In this document: positions 48,379-58,735 of the stretch, piece after piece | How positions within the stretch are numbered: the stretch's first letter is position 1 | How the letters are laid out: each line of letters starts with the position of its first letter | Assembly: GCA_041391825.1 (NCBI GenBank) | Contig: JAWKNF010000001.1 | Span: 10,116-74,115 of the forward strand | DNA: 64,000 nt | Direction: 5' to 3' | DNA from: Flavobacteriales bacterium | GTDB taxonomy: Bacteria; Bacteroidota; Bacteroidia; Flavobacteriales_F; PHOS-HE28 | The notes under the pieces: model-generated | The model's database searches: none | What the model was told of the DNA's origin: nothing | Seen by the model: only the letters and a program-made list of their open reading frames with translations | Made by a program: the position numbers and the translations under genes

Positions 48379-51141
48379 CTATCGAAGGATGGTGACGTGG
48401 CCGGTGTGCGGCTTCGGGTCACGCGCCACCGTCACTTCATAGTAGTACGTGCCATCCGGCACATCCAATGCCGCCCAGTTGTTCCGGTAGTTCGTCGCCT
48501 CGAAGATCACTTGCCCCCATCGGTTGAACACCCGCACGGTGTTCTGGGTGTTCAGGATGCCCTCGATATCGAATCGATCGTTCCGTCCATCGCCATTGGG
48601 GCTGAACACGTTCGGAATAATGATCTCACAATCGACCTCGACCACCGACTGTGCGCTCGCCGTTCTGCCACAATCATCGGTGGCGGTCACGACATACGTA
48701 CCTCCTGTCAACACCGGGACCCAGGTCACCGGCCCGGTATCGCCGGTGTTCCATACGATGTCCAAGCTCCCGAAGCCTCCGCTCGCATCAACGGAGACCG
48801 CAACCGAATCAGGCCCACAATCGACCACGGTATTGGTGGTCTGAAGGATGATCGGTGGAGCGTCGATGATGGTGATGGTGACGGATGCGGAAACGGTACG
48901 ACCACATGCATCTGTATAGCTCGCCGTGATGATCGCGTTCTCCAGGTCCTCCGCTGCTCCATCCTCCAAGGCGTCGAAGGGGAAGATCACGTTCAAGAGG
49001 TCTGCGCCGATCGTGTTCGTGGCCGGCCAGTTGAAATCCTGCCCGTTCTCTGCGGTTCCGGTGTAGCTCATGTCCACGACCAGGTCACCTTGGACCCCAG
49101 CGGGGCGGATGATGTTGATGGAGGTGCCTACACAGGCCTCGGTCAATGCTGACGGACCAATGATCGTCATGGTCAATGGCGCGGGCGGTGTAAGACCAAC
49201 GTTGAACGTGGCCTGTGTGCTGTTGCCGCAATCATCCGTGACCGTGGCCATATACACCGTTGGAGAGGTCGGTGAAACGGTGATGGCGTTCGTGGTTTGG
49301 CCTTGGTCCCAGAGGAACGAATATGGTTGGTAGCCACCGGTAACGGTCGGTGTCAGTACCGTACTGCCTCCGCACGCGATGGTCGCATTGCCCCCCAAGG
49401 CGAATACCGTAGGCCCTTGTGCAATGGAGAAGGTGAAGCTGACCGTGGAGAAGCCACCGTTGCAGATCGAGACATCGCCGAGTTGGATGATCAGTGTCTC
49501 CAGCGCGTCCGCATCCATCGGGAAGTTCACCGGGAACGAGACCGTGTTGACCCCGGGCGGGAAGATCACTTCCACCGGCAGTTCGGTGTAGTCCGTTCCA
49601 GAGGTCGCCGTTCCGCCGAGGGTGACGAAGGCCGTGTCCGCGAAGGCCGTCCCTCCTGTCCGGTTGAAGTTCAGGAACACCTCATAGCAGCTTTCCTGCA
49701 CCGTGCTTCCCTGAATGGTCGGACCGGGTTGAAGGTTCACCGTGAAAGGATTCGGGGCCGGTATCACGGTCACTGGGACCGTGGTTTCTATGAACGAACC
49801 GCAGGTGTCCGTGACCGTTACCGGATAGCTCGTATCCACCAGCGGTGCCACATTGATCGTCGGTGTGGTCTGACCATCGCCCCAGAGGTAGGTGAACACG
49901 CCATAGCCGCCCGATGGTTCAACGCCGATATCCACCGCATCGCCACAATCCACACTGAACGGGCTTACGTCCACCACCAATGGTGGAGCACTGTCTATGA
50001 AGAAGGTGAAGACGTTCTCGATCGTGTCCCCCGTGCAATCCGACACGCTCACCACGGTGATGATGATGGTCTCCTGTCCGTCCTCGTCGATCGGTGCGCC
50101 GAATACGAACGGGATGCTGGTGACACCTGCTGGGAAGATCACCTCCGAAGGAAGTGACGGAACGATGTCGACACCGTTGGTGAAAGTGCCGCCGTAGCTC
50201 ACCGCGAAGGTATCCGCCTCAGCAGCCGAGCCGATGCGGATGAAGCTGAGCCCCATGTCGAAGCAGCTCTCGTAGATCGTGTTGCCCACGATACCCGGAC
50301 CCGGGGTGAGCGAAGGGATGAACGGCGAACTGCTGAAACTGCCGGCCTCGAGGAACACACCGGAATCATAGATCTCATCGATGGCATCGCCGATGGCGAG
50401 CTTGATGTGGTAGGTCTGCCCACATTGCACGAAACGCTTGGCTTCGATCACAACGGTGAAGCCATCATACACGATGCTCGTGCCACCGGTGTTGTCCACA
50501 TAATAGTCCGGGTTCACCGCCGGGCAGTCCGGATCGTTCTGGTTGTTCAGGTATCCGTAGTTCACATTGTCGATCGTGACCGGTGTCGTCGTGCCCGGAA
50601 TGAGGGCGATGTTCTCGGCACCCAAGCTGTATGGCCCGAAAATGCCAGGCCCGCTCAAGAAGAAACCGAAGGCATCGTTGTACTGACATACGAATTCCGG
50701 GTATTCCTCGGATCCGAAGACATAACGGAACTTGACCGAGTCGCCATTCGGAATGAAGTCGAACTCGAGCACCGTGGCATTATTGATCTCGATGTCAGCG
50801 ATGGTCTCCAGGTCCACATCCGTAGTGTTCGGGGATAGCGCATCACTTTGGAAACCGATCTGGGCATCCGCGATCGCCGGGGCAAGTCCGGTGCTTAGTA
50901 TGATGCCGGCAGGTAGTCCGAGGTTGGTCCCTGTGGCGGTGAACGAACCCGTCCCGTCCTGTGGGATACCCGCATCCGGCACGCCGTTGAAGGACACGTT
51001 GCTTACTGTGATCCCCGTGCCCAGCAGGACATCCTGCACGAGCTGAGTGGGTGTCAGGTCGGTACTCACCACCAACTGTGCTTGAAGCCCGAAGGCCATG
51101 AGGCCTGCGCAGATCGCAAGCAAGGGTCGTTGTGTTCTCAC
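48379..51141 (-). CDS. giant T9SS type-B CTD surface protein / adhesin (choice-of-anchor-L N-domain, repeated Ig-like/SprB-type domains)
   Basis: C-terminus …IIPNVFSPNGDGRNDRFDIEGI…TYYYEVTVARDP… (gliding-motility-associated C-terminal domain). N-terminus …VVSTDLTPTQLVQDVLLGTGITVSNVSFNG…. Probable GTG start at 51141 (the longer ATG ORF would overlap the next gene). Confidence 0.8.
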   Translation of the reverse strand: MRTQRPLLAICAGLMAFGLQAQLVVSTDLTPTQLVQDVLLGTGITVSNVSFNGVPDAGIPQDGTGSFTATGTNLGLPAGIILSTGLAPAIADAQIGFQSDALSPNTTDVDLETIADIEINNATVLEFDFIPNGDSVKFRYVFGSEEYPEFVCQYNDAFGFFLSGPGIFGPYSLGAENIALIPGTTTPVTIDNVNYGYLNNQNDPDCPAVNPDYYVDNTGGTSIVYDGFTVVIEAKRFVQCGQTYHIKLAIGDAIDEIYDSGVFLEAGSFSSSPFIPSLTPGPGIVGNTIYESCFDMGLSFIRIGSAAEADTFAVSYGGTFTNGVDIVPSLPSEVIFPAGVTSIPFVFGAPIDEDGQETIIITVVSVSDCTGDTIENVFTFFIDSAPPLVVDVSPFSVDCGDAVDIGVEPSGGYGVFTYLWGDGQTTPTINVAPLVDTSYPVTVTDTCGSFIETTVPVTVIPAPNPFTVNLQPGPTIQGSTVQESCYEVFLNFNRTGGTAFADTAFVTLGGTATSGTDYTELPVEVIFPPGVNTVSFPVNFPMDADALETLIIQLGDVSICNGGFSTVSFTFSIAQGPTVFALGGNATIACGGSTVLTPTVTGGYQPYSFLWDQGQTTNAITVSPTSPTVYMATVTDDCGNSTQATFNVGLTPPAPLTMTIIGPSALTEACVGTSINIIRPAGVQGDLVVDMSYTGTAENGQDFNWPATNTIGADLLNVIFPFDALEDGAAEDLENAIITASYTDACGRTVSASVTITIIDAPPIILQTTNTVVDCGPDSVAVSVDASGGFGSLDIVWNTGDTGPVTWVPVLTGGTYVVTATDDCGRTASAQSVVEVDCEIIIPNVFSPNGDGRNDRFDIEGILNTQNTVRVFNRWGQVIFEATNYRNNWAALDVPDGTYYYEVTVARDPKPHTGHVTILR

Positions 51142-51155
51142 GTGTAAGGTGTTCT

Positions 51156-53822
51156 TCAGTCCTGTGATCCGTTCAGCAGCGTGACATGGCCGAGGCCTTC
51201 GACGGCCGGAAAGTAATGACCAGCAGCCCTGTATTTGTAAATATACACGCCGGTCATCGCCTTCGCCCCTCCCCTCAACGATCCATCCCACGGCTTATTG
51301 ATGTCCGTTGTTACATGGATCTGCTCTCCCCATCGGTCGAAGATGACCATCTCGAACTCGCTGATGGAATGCCCGATGGGTCCAAAGGTCTCGTTCACGC
51401 CATCACCATCCGGCGAGAAGGCATTGGGGAAATACAGGTGGGCCGGAGGGCTCAACAACACCGCGTCACTGCCCTCACAGCCGTTCCTGGTGATCGTGCG
51501 TAGCTCCACCCAATGGTCCTCCAGGTCCAGGTAGTCGTGCGCTACACGGTCATCGAAGGCCTGCGTGCCATCGCCCATGTCCCATGCGAAACTTGCCGCG
51601 ATCGGCACGGTGGCTGCTTGCAGGAACCAACTGTTCTGTCCTTCATTGCTCACGTTGATGTCGACGAACACCGTCTCCACGGCGATCGTCACCGTATCGC
51701 TCAACACCTCACCGCATTGGTCGGAAACGATCACGGTGTACGTGGTCTCTTCCAGCGGCCCGACCTCTATGCTCGGCGCGCTCCATCCCAAGCCCACCCA
51801 CTCGATGGTGTGGTAGCTCGACCCGCCTTCCACCGTCACGTTCAGCACCGTGCCATCGCCATAGCAGATCGTCCGATCGGCATCCGTTCGCACCTGGAAT
51901 TGCGCGTAGGGGAATGAGGTGCGCAGCGTCGTATCCCCGAACGTGCCACATTCATCCGCAACACTGATGGTGTAGGTCGCATCGGCCGGCACATCGACGG
52001 TCAGCTCGTCGGCACTGCCAAGCACTTCACCCACGGCATTCGTCCACTCCAGCGTGTACACACCATTTCCACCAGTGATATCAAGCACCTCCAAGGTGGT
52101 CGGATCGCCTTGGCAGATCACCGTGACATCACCCGATGTATTGATGACGATCGGATCGAGCTGGACCATGGAGACCAGGACACTATCCTGCACCGAGGAA
52201 CCGCATCCTTCGGTGACCGTGACGACATACCAGCTCGGCGGCCCTGAAGGCACCGTGATCGCTGCCGTGTTCCCAAGCGCTACGCCATCAACACTCCATG
52301 CATAGGTGTAGTTGCCGTTGCCGCCGTTCACCGCTAACACCTCGATCTCATCGCTGGCCAAGCATGGGACCTCCAGCGCGGGGCTCACTTCGATCGCCAG
52401 CGGTTCCAGTACAGGCAAGGAGACCGTGAAGCTGCCGGAAAGTGGTAACACGCTGCAGCTATCGCTGACCGTGAAGGTGTAGGTCGTCGTTTCCTCGGGT
52501 GAGACAGTGATCGTCGCGGTGGTCTCACCGGTGCTCCAGAGGTAGCTGTAGTAACCCACACCGCCCGTGATACCGGGGTCCAACACATGCACCTGGCCAC
52601 AGGTACCACTGATGTCCTGCGCGTTGCTGACCAAGGGCGGCGGACTGTCGATGTTGAAGGTGAAGACCGTGGTCACGCTCGTGTTCGCACACGCGACGAG
52701 CTGCTCGATGGTGACGATCATCGTCTCCGGGCCATCGGCATCCTGTGGCACTTCCAATACGAACGCAACGGTGCTATCGCCGGCCGGAAAAACCAGTTGA
52801 CCCGGGAGTGGCGGTGAATAATCAACTCCCGCCGTAGCGGTACCGCTGACGGTGATATCCACGTTCTCCGTCATGGACAGATCGCCGAGCCGCGTGAAGA
52901 TCAGTTCCACCGGGACACAGCCTTCCATCATGGTATTCCCGATGATCCCCGGCCCCGCGACCAGTTCCGGGACCACCTGGCCGGTGCTGGTGAAACTGCC
53001 TGCTTCAAGGAACACCGCCGAATCATACGTGGTATCGAAGCCGCCCGATCCACCGGCATCACCCACTGCCAGTTTGATGTGGTAGGTCTCGCCGCATTGC
53101 ACCAAGGCAAAGGCCTCGAGCACCACCGTGAACCCATCATAGGAAACACCGAGGCCGTTCACGTTGTCCACGTAATACTGCGGATTCATGGCCGGACAGA
53201 CCGGGTCGTTCGGGTCGTTGTCCAGTCCATTGTTCACATTATTGATCCCCACCGGCGTGCTCGTATTGGGCACCAAGGCGATGTTGATCGCGCCGTTCGT
53301 GTAGGGCCCCGCAATGCCCGGACCGCTCAGGAAGAAGCCGAAGACATCGTTGTAGGAACAGATCCATTCCGGGTATTCCTCGGATGCGAAGACGTAGCGG
53401 AACTTGAGCGAATCACCGGTAGGCACGAAGTCGAACTCCAGCACCGCTCGATCGTTGATCGCACCGCCGGAGATCGTGACCAGGTCCGGGTCCGATCCGG
53501 TATCGTTATCATCTCCGCTGAATTCGCTGGCCGGCCCGACCGCATTCTCCACTTCGCCGGAGGAAAGGATCAGTCCCGCCGCAAGACCCAGATTGGTGGT
53601 CGTACCATCGAAGGAGCCGCTCCCGACCTGCGGCGTGGTCAAGCCGAGAGCGCCGTTGTAACGCACGTTGCTCACCGTAACGCCCCCTCCCAGCAACACG
53701 TTCTGCACCAGCTCGGTGGGCGACATGCTCACATCCACGGCCAATTGCGCCTCCACCTCCACAACAAGGAGCGTCGCGATCAGAGCAGGAAGGACGCGAA
53801 AGTGCATGAGGGGCGAACGCAA
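51156..53822 (-). CDS. paralogous giant T9SS type-B CTD surface protein / adhesin
   Basis: Same architecture: signal peptide, …VDVSMSPTELVQNVLLGGGVTVSNVRYNG…, repeated domains, C-terminal …YFPNAFSPDGDGVNETFGPIG…. Confidence 0.82.
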   Translation of the reverse strand: MRSPLMHFRVLPALIATLLVVEVEAQLAVDVSMSPTELVQNVLLGGGVTVSNVRYNGALGLTTPQVGSGSFDGTTTNLGLAAGLILSSGEVENAVGPASEFSGDDNDTGSDPDLVTISGGAINDRAVLEFDFVPTGDSLKFRYVFASEEYPEWICSYNDVFGFFLSGPGIAGPYTNGAINIALVPNTSTPVGINNVNNGLDNDPNDPVCPAMNPQYYVDNVNGLGVSYDGFTVVLEAFALVQCGETYHIKLAVGDAGGSGGFDTTYDSAVFLEAGSFTSTGQVVPELVAGPGIIGNTMMEGCVPVELIFTRLGDLSMTENVDITVSGTATAGVDYSPPLPGQLVFPAGDSTVAFVLEVPQDADGPETMIVTIEQLVACANTSVTTVFTFNIDSPPPLVSNAQDISGTCGQVHVLDPGITGGVGYYSYLWSTGETTATITVSPEETTTYTFTVSDSCSVLPLSGSFTVSLPVLEPLAIEVSPALEVPCLASDEIEVLAVNGGNGNYTYAWSVDGVALGNTAAITVPSGPPSWYVVTVTEGCGSSVQDSVLVSMVQLDPIVINTSGDVTVICQGDPTTLEVLDITGGNGVYTLEWTNAVGEVLGSADELTVDVPADATYTISVADECGTFGDTTLRTSFPYAQFQVRTDADRTICYGDGTVLNVTVEGGSSYHTIEWVGLGWSAPSIEVGPLEETTYTVIVSDQCGEVLSDTVTIAVETVFVDINVSNEGQNSWFLQAATVPIAASFAWDMGDGTQAFDDRVAHDYLDLEDHWVELRTITRNGCEGSDAVLLSPPAHLYFPNAFSPDGDGVNETFGPIGHSISEFEMVIFDRWGEQIHVTTDINKPWDGSLRGGAKAMTGVYIYKYRAAGHYFPAVEGLGHVTLLNGSQD

Positions 53823-53878
53823 GGGTCGTCAAAATAGGACTTCAGGGCGTGTTGAAGACCTGAGCCCCAGGCCAAAGG

Positions 53879-55326
53879 TTGCCTCGGATGGGAAGCCCAA
53901 AACGCCTCTTCTCATCGGGCTATCTTTGGCCTTCATCAAAATTCCAGCCCAGCGTGCAAGCCATCGACCCCTACATCAAGTCCAACGAGGACCGCTTCCT
54001 GAACGAACTGCTCGACCTGCTCCGCATTCCCAGCGTGAGCGCCGATCCGAAATTCAAGGCGGATGTGGCCCGTTGCGCCGAGGAGGTGAAGAAGCGTATG
54101 ATCGAGGCCGGACTGGACAAGGTTGAGGTGTGCACCACCGCAGGCCACCCGATCGTGTACGGTGAGAAGATCGTGGACCCCGCCAAACCCACGGTGCTCG
54201 TGTACGGACACTACGATGTGCAACCCGCCGACCCGCTGGAGCTTTGGCATAGCGGACCCTTCGAGCCGGTGATCGAGGAGGGCATGATACACGCCCGTGG
54301 CGCGCCGATGACAAAGGCCAATTCTACATGCACGTGAAGGCGGTGGAGACCATGATGAAGACCGATGGCCTGCCGTGCAACGTTAAGGTGATGATCGAAG
54401 GCGAAGAGGAGGTGGGCAGCACCAACCTCAGCATCTTCGTGAAGAACAACAAGGAGCGCCTGAAGGCCGACGTGGTGCTGATCAGCGACACCGCCATGAT
54501 CGCCAATGACGTGCCGAGCATCAATACCGGCCTGCGTGGCCTGAGCTACGTGGAGGTGGAAGTGACCGGCCCGAACCGCGACCTGCACAGCGGGGTGTAC
54601 GGCGGTGCCGTGAGCAACCCGATCAATGCCCTGTGCGAGATGATCGCCAGCCTGCATGATGCCGACCGCAAGGTGACCATCCCCGGCTTCTACGATGCGG
54701 TGCAGGAGTTGAGCGCCGCCGAGCGCAAGGCCTTGGCCGAGGCGCCCTTCGATGAGCAGGAATACATGCGCGAGCTCGGTGTCGAGGCCGTGCGTGGTGA
54801 GAAGGGATACAGCAGCGAGGAGCGCAGCAGCATCCGTCCAACGCTGGACGTGAACGGCATTTGGGGCGGCTACATCGGCGAGGGTGCCAAGACCGTGCTA
54901 CCGAGCAAGGCCTTCGCGAAGCTGAGCATGCGCTTGGTGCCGAACCAGAAAAGCGCCGATATCACCAAGCTGTTCCAGGACCACTTCGTGAAGATCGCTC
55001 CCCTTGGTGTGAAGGTGGTCGTGACCCCGCACCACGGTGGTGAAGCAGCAGTAACGCCCATCGACAGCCCGGCCTACCTCGCGGCCAGCAAGGCCATGGA
55101 GGAGACCTTCGGCAAGAAGCCCATTCCGACGCGTGGTGGTGGCAGCATCCCGATCGTAGCGCTCTTCGAACAGGAACTCGGACTCAAGACCGTGCTCTTC
55201 GGCTTCGGCTTGGACAGCGACAACATCCACAGCCCGAACGAGAAGTACAGCGTGTTCAACTACTTCCAGGGGATCCGCACCATTCCGCGCTTCTTCCACC
55301 ATTTCGCGGCTTCGGGGAAGGGGTAG
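53879..55326 (+). pseudogene. M20-family dipeptidase, single frameshift near 54300
   Basis: …VLVYGHYDVQPAD…HARGA|ADDKGQFYMHVKAVE… requires one extra g in gcgccg (should be gcggcc). Otherwise a complete ~480-aa M20 peptidase. Confidence 0.7.
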
Positions 55327-55336
55327 TTTGGGGTCT

Positions 55337-55513
55337 GTTGTCAGTTGTCTGTTGACAGAGTATGGAGCTTAGGGTTGGTGGGCGGTCCATTCGCGTGACA
55401 ATGCACGAAAGGCGAGCTGACCCAAGGGCGAAGTCCCGTGAAGCGAGGCGGCAGTAGCAAAGAGAGCAGGTCGTGGAATAAGAGTGCACCGGACAACTGA
55501 CAACTGACAACAC
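55337..55513. repeat. 177-bp intergenic element bounded by inverted arrays of three heptamers (GTTGTCA GTTGTCT GTTGACA … ACAACTG ACAACTG ACAACAC)
   Basis: The arms form a 14-bp perfect inverted repeat TGTTGTCAGTTGTC / GACAACTGACAACA. It shares a TCAGTTGTC core with the palindromic element inside mfd. Confidence 0.5.
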
Positions 55514-55577
55514 GGATCGGATCTCGTGAAATGACAAGTGATAACAAGCACATGGAAGTGGCAAAAGACAAGCGCTG

Positions 55578-56051
55578 GTGGCCAGGCACATTACCAACTG
55601 TCAACTGCCGACCGATTCATGCAATTGCCTTTTGCATTTCCCTCCTCCTCACCTCCTGCCTGAGCTACAAGAGGTGGAACTCGTGGATATCACGAATGTC
55701 AGCGTGGAGAAGATGGATGCGAAGGGCGTGGCGGTGCGCGTGGATGCCATGATCGCCAACCCCAACGGATACCGGATCCATGTGCTGGACCCCGATGTGG
55801 ACCTCTTCCTCAATGGCAAGTTCGTTGGGGAAGGGATCGGATACGGCCTGGTGCTCGATAAGAAGAGCAGCCGCGTGTATTCCGTTCCCCTGCACGCAGA
55901 CCTGAAAGGCGGCTCACTGCTGGTGATCATGCTGTCCGGCGCGATGAACGGCGGCAAGTACCTCTTGGGCGCCAAGGGCACGGTCGTAGGCAAGGCCGGC
56001 TTCATCCGGAAGCGCTTCCCCTTCGAGTTGGAGGAGGAGTTGGAATTCTGA
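55578..56051 (+). CDS. LEA_2/WHy-like (NDR1/HIN1-like) domain protein, probably a lipoprotein with N-terminal frame problem
   Basis: …VELVDITNVSVEKMDAKGV…IANPNGYRIHVLDPDVDLFLNGKFVGEG… A lipoprotein signal (…AIAFCISLLLTSC) is encoded immediately upstream in another frame (55590-55655). Confidence 0.55.
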   Translation: MARHITNCQLPTDSCNCLLHFPPPHLLPELQEVELVDITNVSVEKMDAKGVAVRVDAMIANPNGYRIHVLDPDVDLFLNGKFVGEGIGYGLVLDKKSSRVYSVPLHADLKGGSLLVIMLSGAMNGGKYLLGAKGTVVGKAGFIRKRFPFELEEELEF

Positions 56052-56059
56052 GGATCCTC

Positions 56060-56542
56060 CTACTCTTCCACCGGGTCCCAACGCGTGATCACCGGATAGC
56101 CCAAGCAGCCATCGGCGATACCGAGCACGTGGCCGCTGCCCATGGGAAGCGCGCTCAATTCGGCCTCGTCAACCGGCCGTCGGGCAGGTAGCTCGTCGTT
56201 TTCCAGCCAATAACGCCGCACATCGAAGGCGTGCTCTTCGATCGGCAACAGGTACAACTGCTCCTTCCCATGCACCCCCAGGTTCAGCCACAAACAAGCA
56301 CTGAACACGAAGGGACCCACGGCCAGTAGGTTGAACAGGAACCACTCCAAGCGTTCCATGCCCAAGCGCAAGCCCGAGGCCTTGAAGGGTAACAGGTTCC
56401 CGGCGAAGGCGAAGAGCGCGAACCAACGGCCCAGCGCGGTGTAGGTGATGAAGGTGAAGGAGCCTGCTAGCCAAAAGGTGATGACGAAAAGGAAGATCCC
56501 GAGTGCCATCAAGGTGCCCGGCCAGGTCTGCTCCTTGGCCAT
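56060..56542 (-). CDS. hypothetical polytopic membrane protein
   Basis: About 160 aa from MAKEQTWPG with 4 predicted TM helices. The longer ORF to 56746 overlaps the neighbouring gene start. Confidence 0.45.
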   Translation of the reverse strand: MAKEQTWPGTLMALGIFLFVITFWLAGSFTFITYTALGRWFALFAFAGNLLPFKASGLRLGMERLEWFLFNLLAVGPFVFSACLWLNLGVHGKEQLYLLPIEEHAFDVRRYWLENDELPARRPVDEAELSALPMGSGHVLGIADGCLGYPVITRWDPVEE

Positions 56543-56621
56543 GCCCTCCACGCCGGCCTGTTGATGCTGCGCATAGGTCGGACGCCGTAGGTGGGGCAGC
56601 GATCTGTTCCTTTGATGGGTC

Positions 56622-58735
56622 ATGTCCGTGTACTCCCGTGCGATGCTCCCCGTTCTATTGGGGACCGCCCTCGTTGCGGGCTGTGCCCAGCGTGGCGGCA
56701 AACACCCCGGAACGGCGATCCAAGATACCATGCACGCGCACACCAATCGCCTCGTCCACGAAAGCAGCCCCTACCTGCTGCAGCACGCCCACAACCCGGT
56801 GGACTGGTACCCGTGGGGCGAGGAGGCCTTCGCCAAAGCGCGTGAGGAGAACAAGCTCCTGCTGATCAGCATCGGCTACAGCAGTTGCCATTGGTGCCAT
56901 GTGATGGAACGCGAGAGCTTCGAGAACGACGAGCTCGCCGCCGTGATGAACGAGCGCTTCGTGTGCATCAAGGTGGATCGCGAGGAACGCCCCGATGTGG
57001 ACCAGGTGTACATGACGGCCGTGCAGCTGATGACCGGACGCGGCGGCTGGCCGCTGAACTGCTTCGCCTTGGCCGATGGCAGGCCCGTCTACGGCGGCAC
57101 CTACTTCCCTCCGCAGCAATGGGAACAGGTGTTGGTGCAGCTGAGCGATACCTGGCGGCAGGACCCGCAGAAGGTGAGCGATCAAGCAGCGCGCTTGCAC
57201 CAAGGGATCGTCGCACAGAACGTGGTGGAACTGCCCGAGGCGCCGGATGCCTTCGACGCGGAGGACCTGGACGAGTTGGTGGACCTGTGGAGCAAGGGCT
57301 TCGACAACGTGTACGGCGGACCGGACAAGGCACCGAAATTCCCGCTGCCCAACAACTACCAGTTCCTCTTGCGCTACGCCTTCCTCACGGACGACGCGCA
57401 GTTGAAGCAACACGTGGCGCTCACCTTGGACAAGATGGCCCTCGGTGGGATCAACGACCAGGTCGGCGGAGGCTTCGCGCGCTACAGCACCGATGTCCTG
57501 TGGAAGGCGCCGCACTTCGAGAAGATGCTGTACGACAATGCGCAACTCGTTTCGCTCTACAGCCAAGCCTATCAAGCCTTCAAGAACCCGCTGTACAAGG
57601 CCACGGTGGAACGCACGCTGGCCTTCATCGAACGCGAAATGACCTCGTCCGAAGGGGCGTTCTACAGCGCCTTGGATGCCGACACCGAAGGCGAAGAAGG
57701 CCTGTACTACGTGTGGACCAAGGATGAACTGCAAACGGTCCTGGGCGCCGAGTACGACCTCGCGGCGGCCTACTACAACGTGGATGCCGCCGGACTGTGG
57801 GAACACGGCCGCTACATCCTGCTGCGGCGCGAACCGGATGCCGAGTTCGCTGCGGAGTTCGGCATCAGCGAAGCGGAACTCGCCACGCGGATCGCCGCGA
57901 TCAACAGCACCTTGCTCGCCACACGTGAAAAGCGCGAACGCCCTGGACTGGACGACAAGTCGCTCACCTCTTGAACGCCTTGATGATGTGGCTATTGCGA
58001 TGCCTACGAGGTCTTCGGTCGGCGCGAATGGCTGGACCGTGCCACGGGATCATGGACCTGTTCCTGAGCAAATGCCGCAATCCCAACGGCGGGCTGTGGC
58101 ACCTGTACAAGGACAGCAAGGCCAGCATCAACAGCTACCTGGAGGACTACTGTTTCACCATCGAGGCGCTGGTGGCCTGTGCAGCGTCACCTGATGAACG
58201 CTGGCTCACCGAGGCACGCGCCTTGGCCGAGCATGCCATTCGCCACTTCCGCGATCCGGCGAGCGGCACCTTCCATTTCACCAGCGACCTCGACCCGGCG
58301 CTCATCGCACGGCCCACCGAGCTGCACGACAACGTGATCCCCGCAAGCAACAGCAGCATGGCCAAGGGCCTGTACCAACTGGGCCTGCTTTTCGATGACG
58401 AACGCTACCTGCGCATGAGCACCGATCTGCTCGCGACCATCGCCCCGCGCATGAAGGGCTACCCCAGCGGCCATTCCAACTGGGCACAACTGATGCTCGC
58501 GCACACCTTCCCCTATGCCGAGATCGCCATCACCGGCAAGGAGGCCCTGTCGCTCCGGAGCGGATTTGCACCGCACTACCTGCCCAACCGGCAGTTCCTT
58601 GGAAGCTCGACGACCAGCGCGTTGCCGTTGCTGAAGGACAAGTTCTTCCAGGCCAGCACGATCTTTGTATGCGTGGAGAAGGCCTGCCAATTGCCCGTGA
58701 CCTCCGTCGATGAAGCCTTGAAGCTGATCCCATGA
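56622..58735 (+). pseudogene. thioredoxin-domain protein of the YyaL/DUF255 (SPATA20-like, N-acylglucosamine-2-epimerase fold) family, about 3 indels within 57970-58050
   Basis: N-terminal thioredoxin-like part …[14 protein letters not shown]… intact to 57974. Continuation …WNALMM / …DAYEVFGRREWLDRATGS / IMDLFLSKCRNPNGGLWHLY… alternates between frames before a long intact C-terminal part. Confidence 0.65.

Noticed and set aside
48379-51291. ATG start at 51291 for adhesin A
   Set aside because: It would overlap the 3' end of adhesin B by 135 bp and add a non-signal-like N-terminus. The GTG at 51141 gives a proper signal peptide (VRTQRPLLAICAGLMAFGLQAQ).
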